Of a stretch of 30,283 nt of DNA, positions 24,075-30,283 are shown one piece after another. This DNA comes from a phage. The DNA is taken from the NCBI GenBank assembly GCA_021534775.1, contig GCA_021534775.1_4809.1. One strand, written 5' to 3'. Numbering within the stretch: position 1 is the first letter of the stretch; each line of letters starts with the position of its first letter. Position numbers and translations under genes: made by a program. Below the pieces are notes generated by a model. That model ran no database searches. It saw only the letters and a list, made by a program, of their open reading frames with translations, and had not been told where the DNA came from.

Positions 24075-24878
24075 ATGAAAGTTGAATTAATTCGATACAC
24101 CCAAGATGCACTTGACCTTCTGCTGGAAACAAAGAACACGCGCATGACTGGTAAGCCTGTCTCTGAGATGACGGAATCAGAGAAGCAAGAGCATTGGCGC
24201 TACATGCTTGACACCATCAAGTCGCCTTTTGACTTTGTGGACTATATCTTTGACATCACCGCTGTATCAAAGAATATGACTCATCAGATGGTACGCACAC
24301 GCACAGGCGCATATCAAGAACGCACCAGCCGCGCTCAGGAATCTTCTGCATTTGATGCGATTCGCCCGAAAGCGTTTGAGTATGACGACCCTGACAGGGT
24401 TATCGGCGAGCGAATCGACGAGCAGCGTTTGAAGTTGGCTAACACCTGGGATGATGCAATGGCAACCATTGATGCCCTATACCAAGAACTTCGCGCGGCT
24501 GGCGCAGAGATTCAGGATGCACGTGCTGTGTTGCCTTCTAATATGCAAACGCATATCATGGCAAAGTTCAACTTGCGCACTCTACAACAAATGGCATCAA
24601 ACCGCTTGTGCACGCGCACTCAAGGCGAATATCAGGAAGTTTTCCGTGCGATGGTAGCGGAAGTCCTCAAGGTGCACCCGTGGGCTAATCCTTTACTACA
24701 GCCGCAATGCATCGGTATGGGTAAGTGCGCATTTCCTCGTCACGGTAAGGCCCATTGCCCATGGTATCGTGGTTGGATGGATACCACTGCACAGCAAGAA
24801 GAGTTGCGCATCCAGTTTTGGAATGCCGCGCCAATCACCAACAATCCAGTTGCTAAAGATGGAGTATCAAAGGGATGA
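24075..24878 (+). CDS. Divergent ThyX-like (flavin-dependent thymidylate synthase family) protein
   Basis: SPFDF...THQMVRTRTGAYQERTSRAQ and ARAVLPSN...NLRTLQQMASNRL match the ThyX signature regions (TPFEH / RHRx7-8S / ARAVLP / NxRxxxxFxxLR as I recall them) but with substitutions at signature positions. Confidence 0.7.
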   Translation: MKVELIRYTQDALDLLLETKNTRMTGKPVSEMTESEKQEHWRYMLDTIKSPFDFVDYIFDITAVSKNMTHQMVRTRTGAYQERTSRAQESSAFDAIRPKAFEYDDPDRVIGERIDEQRLKLANTWDDAMATIDALYQELRAAGAEIQDARAVLPSNMQTHIMAKFNLRTLQQMASNRLCTRTQGEYQEVFRAMVAEVLKVHPWANPLLQPQCIGMGKCAFPRHGKAHCPWYRGWMDTTAQQEELRIQFWNAAPITNNPVAKDGVSKG

Positions 24879-25747
24879 GCATTAAAAACAGTGAAATCTT
24901 AAACGTATTTGACCTTGACGGAACGCTGTTTGATGACCGTTGGCGCTTAGACCGCATCAAGGTGGCAGGACCGCTGTCAGACTACGATGATTATCACTGC
25001 GGCATTGGTTATGATCAGTTCTATCCTAACATTGCATCCGCAGTAGAGGCTGCATCTCTTCGCGGTGAGGCGGTTGAATATTGGACTGCAAGGCCAGAAA
25101 AATACAGACAAGTGACTTTTGAACGTCTGGACAATGTTTTCCCTTTTGATGAATTTACAATCAAGATGAGAGACTCTGGCGACAAACGTCCATCAACTAT
25201 TATGAAGTCTGCATGGCTATCGCACGCATTGCGGCACGGCGATTATCGAATCATCAATGTATTCGACGACCGACAAGACGTACTCGCGCGGATGCAAGAT
25301 GAAGCATTGTATTATAATTCCGTTGCTCAAAATAAAATCGCTTTTACATTTAATCTTTGCAAGGCAGGTGAAGTGGTGCAACAATTAGCAATTGATCCAA
25401 GCGCAACAGGGCAAGAAGAGACTAAGGCTGTGGAAGTTGAACAACCTCCGGCAACCGCTGCTGATATTCTTGATGCGATGGCCGCGACCTTCCGTGAGCG
25501 CAACGCCGTTTATGGCGATAACGCTGTGATGGTAGGTCAGGTTATGCAGGTCCTGTTCCCTAATGGTGTGACGCTGAAAACGCCGGAAGACTACCACATG
25601 TGGCATCTTTTCGAGCTTAAGATTGTCAAGCTTACACGCTTCGCAATCAGCGGCCTGAAGCACGAAGATTCTATACACGACGATGGTGTTTACAGCGCCA
25701 TGTGTGAACGTCTCGTCAACACCCACAATATTAATTTCAATAAATAG
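24875..25747 (+). CDS. HAD-superfamily phosphatase-like domain fused to a C-terminal domain of unknown function
   Basis: Motif I FDLDGTLFD, a Thr in WTARPE, a Lys (MKSAW) and VFDDRQD; C-terminal about 115 aa (RERNAVYGDNAVMVGQV...) is unassigned. ATGA overlap with the ThyX-like gene. Confidence 0.65.
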   Translation: MSIKNSEILNVFDLDGTLFDDRWRLDRIKVAGPLSDYDDYHCGIGYDQFYPNIASAVEAASLRGEAVEYWTARPEKYRQVTFERLDNVFPFDEFTIKMRDSGDKRPSTIMKSAWLSHALRHGDYRIINVFDDRQDVLARMQDEALYYNSVAQNKIAFTFNLCKAGEVVQQLAIDPSATGQEETKAVEVEQPPATAADILDAMAATFRERNAVYGDNAVMVGQVMQVLFPNGVTLKTPEDYHMWHLFELKIVKLTRFAISGLKHEDSIHDDGVYSAMCERLVNTHNINFNK

Positions 25748-25776
25748 TTTACTTGTGCGTTTCGATGAGTTATATT
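25748..25776 (+). promoter_or_regulatory. Sigma70-like promoter (TTTACT, 17 nt, TATATT) overlapped by an inverted repeat
   Basis: Inverted repeat gtttcgatgag (25759-25769) / ctcatcgaaac (25780-25790) brackets the -10. Confidence 0.45.
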
Positions 25777-25812
25777 TATCTCATCGAAACGAAGTCCAAA
25801 AAGGATAAATAA

Positions 25813-26496
25813 ATGAAAAAAGTAATTGTTGTAACTGGCTGCAACTCCGGTCTTGGTAAATCAATTTTTGACACCCTTGGCGCTTACGGTCACGAAGTCG
25901 TCGGAATCGATTTAGACAATGGATATGACATCCGCAATGCTAAACAGATGAAAGAGCTTCTCTCTCAATACGACGTAGAAGGCTTGATCAACTGTGCTGG
26001 CGTCAACTCTAACAACTGGTTTGAAGATGTCAACTACGAAGAGTTCAACCGCGTTATGCACACCAACGCCTTCTCTTTCGTCAACACAACTCAAGCCGCG
26101 CTGAAAAGTCTTATCGACAACAAAGGTTTTGTGATCAACATCGTTTCCAACGCTGCGCATATTCCTATGACGTCCAGCTTGTGTTATAATGCATCCAAGG
26201 CCGCTGCACTGATGATCAGCAAGCAGATGGCCCACGAGCTTACGCCTAAGTACGGCATCACGGTATTCTCTATTAGTCCTAACAAGTTGCGCGGCACTGG
26301 TATGTCTAAGCAGATTGAAGATGCTGTTTGTGCGACTCGCGGCTGGACTCCTGAATACGCCGCTGAATACCAGAAAAAGGCGTTGATGAATGGATTGGAG
26401 ACTGAGCCGCAAGTAATTGCTGACTTCATTCGCCATATCTTAATTACGGGCGCATGGCGCTTTATGTCTGGGACTGATATTCCATTTGGGAAATAA
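25813..26496 (+). CDS. Short-chain dehydrogenase/reductase (SDR) family oxidoreductase
   Basis: TGCNSGLGK (TGxxxGxG), NAG-like INCAGV, catalytic S...YNASK (YxxxK). Confidence 0.85.
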   Translation: MKKVIVVTGCNSGLGKSIFDTLGAYGHEVVGIDLDNGYDIRNAKQMKELLSQYDVEGLINCAGVNSNNWFEDVNYEEFNRVMHTNAFSFVNTTQAALKSLIDNKGFVINIVSNAAHIPMTSSLCYNASKAAALMISKQMAHELTPKYGITVFSISPNKLRGTGMSKQIEDAVCATRGWTPEYAAEYQKKALMNGLETEPQVIADFIRHILITGAWRFMSGTDIPFGK

Positions 26497-26499
26497 ATC

Positions 26500-26667
26500 A
26501 TGACTATCAAAGTTGTTGTAGAAGTGATTGGCGACGTGGCAGAAGTGAAGATTGATCAAGAAGGCGTTGGATTTGAAGTAATAAGAATCGAAAACGCAAA
26601 GGTTAACCACGAGCGCGTCGGTTCCATTGAGACTTATTCCATAGAAGGCAAAGATAAGGGCGAATAA
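26500..26667 (+). CDS. Small protein (55 aa, MTIKVVVEVIGDVAEVKIDQEGVGFEVIRIENAKVNHERVGSIETYSIEGKDKGE)
   Basis: Hand-translated ORF packed between the SDR and the next gene with 3-nt spacers. Confidence 0.4.
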   Translation: MTIKVVVEVIGDVAEVKIDQEGVGFEVIRIENAKVNHERVGSIETYSIEGKDKGE

Positions 26668-26669
26668 CC

Positions 26670-26885
26670 ATGAACAAAGCCTGGATAGCGGTAATCGGTT
26701 TAGTGCTTCTTGTTGTATTAGGATACACAATCAAATTTGAAGTTCCAAATCCTGTTGAGCCTGACAAAAAGATTGTCGTTGAAGTCCCAGGCGCTAAAGG
26801 TGAATTGCCCAAACCTAAATTTGAAGTTGTCACACCAGCTCCTGAAAAGAAACAGGACGAAGACAACACAGTAATTAATCAATAA
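26670..26885 (+). CDS. Small membrane-anchored protein (71 aa)
   Basis: N-terminal TM helix WIAVIGLVLLVVLGY followed by a Pro/Lys/Glu-rich tail. Confidence 0.55.
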   Translation: MNKAWIAVIGLVLLVVLGYTIKFEVPNPVEPDKKIVVEVPGAKGELPKPKFEVVTPAPEKKQDEDNTVINQ

Positions 26886-26905
26886 TATTTAATTAAGGAA
26901 ACAAA

Positions 26906-27457
26906 ATGCCACATTTTAAAATTGAACAAATCGCCCTGTCCATTCCAGATGCTCAACGCGCTCAGGACTTCCTGGCTAAAATCGGCCTGACAGAGTGGTT
27001 CCATGATCATGTTGTTGCTACTGGTCGCGTATTTGAAGCTGATGACTTTAAAGGTCGTCGCGACGATTGCACCAATGAAGCTGACTTGCGCTTCAACTAT
27101 CAGGCTGGCAACGGCACCGATGTCGGCGCTGGTAAGCCTCTTGAGCTTGAAATCCTTGACTACACAATGGGCTGCAACTGGATTAATGAAAACATCGAAT
27201 ATATCGATGCGCACGATAATCAGGTCAGCCACCTTGGCATGCACGTGACTGCCGCTGAACTCGCTGAATGGCGTAAGTTCTTTAGTGAAGAAGGCATTCA
27301 GGTTGCACAGGAAGTTGTAACCGACTCTCACACCAACCCAAATATTGCTGGTCAGCGTCGTTACAACTATGTGATCTTTGATACTCGTGAAATCATCGGT
27401 GTCGACCTTAAGTTCATTGTGCGGTTGAATCAAGACGGTACTCCGTACACTGTATAA
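26906..27457 (+). CDS. VOC (glyoxalase / bleomycin-resistance / dioxygenase) fold protein, tentative
   Basis: RBS aagga; overall pattern including SHLGMHV suggests a metal-binding VOC-type fold, but the assignment is weak. Confidence 0.5.
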   Translation: MPHFKIEQIALSIPDAQRAQDFLAKIGLTEWFHDHVVATGRVFEADDFKGRRDDCTNEADLRFNYQAGNGTDVGAGKPLELEILDYTMGCNWINENIEYIDAHDNQVSHLGMHVTAAELAEWRKFFSEEGIQVAQEVVTDSHTNPNIAGQRRYNYVIFDTREIIGVDLKFIVRLNQDGTPYTV

Positions 27458-27473
27458 AGAATCTTAAATCTGT

Positions 27474-27498
27474 GGCCGTCCTAATGGGCGGCCTTTTT
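27474..27498 (+). terminator. Intrinsic terminator
   Basis: ggccgtcc taat gggcggcc followed by ttttt. Confidence 0.7.
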
Positions 27499-27511
27499 GT
27501 AGGAGGCTAAT

Positions 27512-28054
27512 GTGTTATTTCTCCCTTATGACTTCGAAACAACCGGATTGACCGTGCACCCGAAAGCGCCGCTTGGAATGCAGCCGCGCCCTATTGAATT
27601 TGCAGGCCTGTTGACAGACGGCAAAGAGATTCTTGAAACGTTCGAGTTCATAATTAATCCTGAAATTGTGATTGAAGAAATCATCACAAAGATTACCGGA
27701 TTAACCAATGAAGACCTTGAGTGCAATCCACCATTCATCAACTTCGTCCCGCAGCTAAAAGAAATCTTCAAGAAGACGGATGCAACTATTGCGCACAACC
27801 ATGCGTTCGATAAGAACATTCTTGATTATGCACTACAGCGCGAAGGACTTACGCTTGATGATGTTAATTTTCCAGAAATAAACATATGTACAGTTGAGCA
27901 AACCTTGCCTATTTTTGGCCGAAGAGTTAAGCTTCAAGAGTTGTATGAATTATATTTCGGAAAATATGAACAGAAGCACCGTGCATTAGACGACGTAATA
28001 TTACTGCACAAAGTCTGCCAACAAATTGGCGTATATGACATCTGGAGTAAATAA
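27512..28054 (+). CDS. DnaQ-like DEDDh 3'-5' exonuclease (proofreading subunit-like)
   Basis: GTG start 5 nt after aggagg; Exo I YDFETTG, Exo II AHNHAFD, Exo III HRALDD. Confidence 0.85.
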   Translation: MLFLPYDFETTGLTVHPKAPLGMQPRPIEFAGLLTDGKEILETFEFIINPEIVIEEIITKITGLTNEDLECNPPFINFVPQLKEIFKKTDATIAHNHAFDKNILDYALQREGLTLDDVNFPEINICTVEQTLPIFGRRVKLQELYELYFGKYEQKHRALDDVILLHKVCQQIGVYDIWSK

Positions 28055-30283
28055 TGTTTCCACAATTGAGAGTTCGCAGCGGTTACACGTTCAAAGAAGT
28101 TTATGGACGGCATCCTGAAATTATAGCACGGCTCAAAGAGTTGGGCTGCGAAGTCGCGGCATTAGTTGATAACAATACATGGGGTCACGTTCGCTGGGAA
28201 AAGGAATGCCAGAAAAATGATATTAAGCCTATGTTTGGGATGGAGATTCCAATCATCGACCCTGATGCGGACCCGAAAAAGGGATTCAAACCGAAGGCTT
28301 GGATATTGGCCCTTGACTTAAAATCTTTTTACAACGCTACAACACTTGCAACGCAGCGCGGTGGACTTACCCGTGCAGAGTTCGGGGCGCTCGATGGCGT
28401 CGTTAAATTCTGTGGCGGTGCCGTGGAGCTGCTGCGGCCAGAGGACTACGACTATATAGACGTCAACCCATCATCGTTCCTTTTGGCAAAGCGCCAGGCA
28501 TTGGCTCATCGTAGCGGTGGAAGGCCGCTGGTTTTAACCGGATACAATCACATGCCTTCTCCTGAGCACGTTGACTTCGCTTATGCTTGGGAAGTTCGCG
28601 ACACTGTGAAGCCGCATTGCATCGTTGACGTGGAAGACTTGCGCAAACAGCTTAAAGGCATCTTGACTGAAGATGAGCTCAATCAGGCAACGGCCAATGC
28701 TGTTGACATAGCAAACGGCATAGTCGGACTTGACTTGAAATTGCGTAAGGCACCGATTATTCACCTTGCTGGTGACATGGTAAAGCTTGCTCGCGAGGGG
28801 ATGGAGTACCGTCTAAAAGCAGGTCACATCAAAGAATGGACTCAGGAATATGAGGACCGCTTCAACGAAGAAATTCACCAGATTCAGCTGAAAGATTTCG
28901 ACTCATACTTTCTGGTAGTAGCCGACCTTGTACGATTCGCAAAAACAAAAATGCTTGTCGGTCCTGCGCGCGGCTCATCGGCTGGTTCACTTGTTTGCTA
29001 TTGCCTCGGCATCACGGAAGTGGACCCAATACCGTATAAGCTGCTGTTTGCCCGATTCATCGACGTAAGCCGCGCCGACCTTCCTGACATCGACATCGAC
29101 TTTGAAGATACCAAACGCTATATGGTGTTTGATTATCTTAAAGAGAAATACGGCGAAATGAACGTTGCAAAGCTTGGCAACATCAACACGCTTAAGGCCA
29201 ACTCAGTAATGGCGCAGGTTGGTAAGAAGTTCAACATTGGATACCACGAAACGGCCAACATTAAAAACGCACTGCTTGAATACTCATCCGGTGACGCCCG
29301 TTATGGTCACGGCCTGGAGGATACCTTTGCAACAACGACCACGGGTCAAGAGTTCGTGGCGAAATATCCTGACGCCGCGCGTTGCATGGGTGACCTTGAG
29401 ATTCACCCGTCTCACACAGGTGTTCACGCAGCGGGAATCATTGTGTGTAATGACCCAATCTCTGATTACTGTACTGTAACTGCAGAAGGGATTGCGCAAA
29501 TTGATAAGCCTGACAGCGAATACCTTAACCTTTTGAAGCTTGATGCGTTGGGCCTTCGTACCCTCGGCATCATTTCTGATACTGGCGTGATAGATGCTGA
29601 AACGCTGTACGGAATCAAGCTTGATGATCAAAGCGTCCTTGACATCCTTAACGAAAACAAAATGTCAGGCATCTTCCAGTTTGAAGGTGACGCTGTACGC
29701 TCAGTAACCAACTTTGTGCACGTTGATAACTTTAACAAAATCGATAACCTGACAGCACTTGGTCGACCTGGCCCGTTGTCATCCGGTATGGCCCAGAAAT
29801 ACATCGAACGCGCGGCAGGGCGTGCACCGATTGAGTATGATGTGCCGCAGCTTGAGCCGTACTTAAAAGAGACTTACGGCGTGTTTCTTTACCAAGAGCA
29901 AATCATGGCCGTGGTTAAAGAGATTGGTTCATTTGACTGGGCGAAAACATCCGCTGTACGTAAGGCGATGTCAGGCCGTAAGGGTGAGGAATACTTTAAC
30001 AAGCTTGGCGAAGACTTCGTTGCAGGCGCAATAAATAATGGCGTACCGGAAGCGGATGCAAGAAAGCTTTGGCAGGCGATGGCGACGTTCGGGTCATGGG
30101 GCTTTAACAAGTCACACTCCGTGTCATACGCGGTCGTGACCTACTGGACCTTGTGGCTTAAACGACACTACCCGTTGGAATTTGCCGCTGCTTGCTTACG
30201 CGCTGCTAAGGACGAAGACCAGACGATTGCGATATTACGTGAACTTGCGAAGGAAGGCGTGGATTACGTTCCAATCGACCCTG
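28054..30283 (+). CDS. dnaE: DNA polymerase III alpha (DnaE-type) catalytic subunit, 3'-partial
   Basis: ATG overlaps the exonuclease stop (TAATG) and the frame stays open to the window end. Palm motifs GSSAGSLVCYCLGITEVDP and FARFIDVSRADLPDIDIDFEDTKR; N-terminal PHP region with degenerate His motif (QLRVRSGYTF). Confidence 0.9.
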   Translation, partial: MFPQLRVRSGYTFKEVYGRHPEIIARLKELGCEVAALVDNNTWGHVRWEKECQKNDIKPMFGMEIPIIDPDADPKKGFKPKAWILALDLKSFYNATTLATQRGGLTRAEFGALDGVVKFCGGAVELLRPEDYDYIDVNPSSFLLAKRQALAHRSGGRPLVLTGYNHMPSPEHVDFAYAWEVRDTVKPHCIVDVEDLRKQLKGILTEDELNQATANAVDIANGIVGLDLKLRKAPIIHLAGDMVKLAREGMEYRLKAGHIKEWTQEYEDRFNEEIHQIQLKDFDSYFLVVADLVRFAKTKMLVGPARGSSAGSLVCYCLGITEVDPIPYKLLFARFIDVSRADLPDIDIDFEDTKRYMVFDYLKEKYGEMNVAKLGNINTLKANSVMAQVGKKFNIGYHETANIKNALLEYSSGDARYGHGLEDTFATTTTGQEFVAKYPDAARCMGDLEIHPSHTGVHAAGIIVCNDPISDYCTVTAEGIAQIDKPDSEYLNLLKLDALGLRTLGIISDTGVIDAETLYGIKLDDQSVLDILNENKMSGIFQFEGDAVRSVTNFVHVDNFNKIDNLTALGRPGPLSSGMAQKYIERAAGRAPIEYDVPQLEPYLKETYGVFLYQEQIMAVVKEIGSFDWAKTSAVRKAMSGRKGEEYFNKLGEDFVAGAINNGVPEADARKLWQAMATFGSWGFNKSHSVSYAVVTYWTLWLKRHYPLEFAAACLRAAKDEDQTIAILRELAKEGVDYVPIDP

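Noticed and set aside
25385-26510. Minus-strand ORFs 25385-25726, 25912-26436 and 26184-26510
   Set aside because: Antisense to the HAD-fusion and SDR genes, which carry clear catalytic motifs.

Overview
The window looks like part of a tailed dsDNA phage or prophage genome; all calls are from reading the sequence and ORF track, with no database searches. It holds four blocks: (i) the 3' end of a late operon (1-3256, + strand) ending in a 5'-truncated tail fibre gene whose C-terminus carries an autoproteolytic intramolecular-chaperone signature, plus four small genes; (ii) a repeat-rich non-coding stretch (3257-3842) followed by small acidic-protein genes driven by sigma70-like promoters with duplicated 5'UTR modules, and a dense same-strand array of the motif ATAGTGCAAAT (5566-6785); (iii) a long minus-strand operon of about 30 tightly packed small genes (7607-19749) ending in a P-loop NTPase helicase-like gene and a primase-like gene; (iv) a plus-strand block (19910-30283) with a Dda/RecD-like helicase, a K/E/A-rich charged protein, an operon of small-molecule-type enzymes (Rossmann flavoprotein-like, divergent ThyX-like, HAD phosphatase fusion, SDR, VOC), a DnaQ-like exonuclease and a 3'-truncated DnaE-type polymerase. 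The strongest candidate for an undescribed system is the enzyme operon at 22501-27498, which I interpret as a possible nucleotide or DNA-base modification pathway; this is a hypothesis, not a demonstrated function. No rRNA or CRISPR array is present and I could not support any tRNA.
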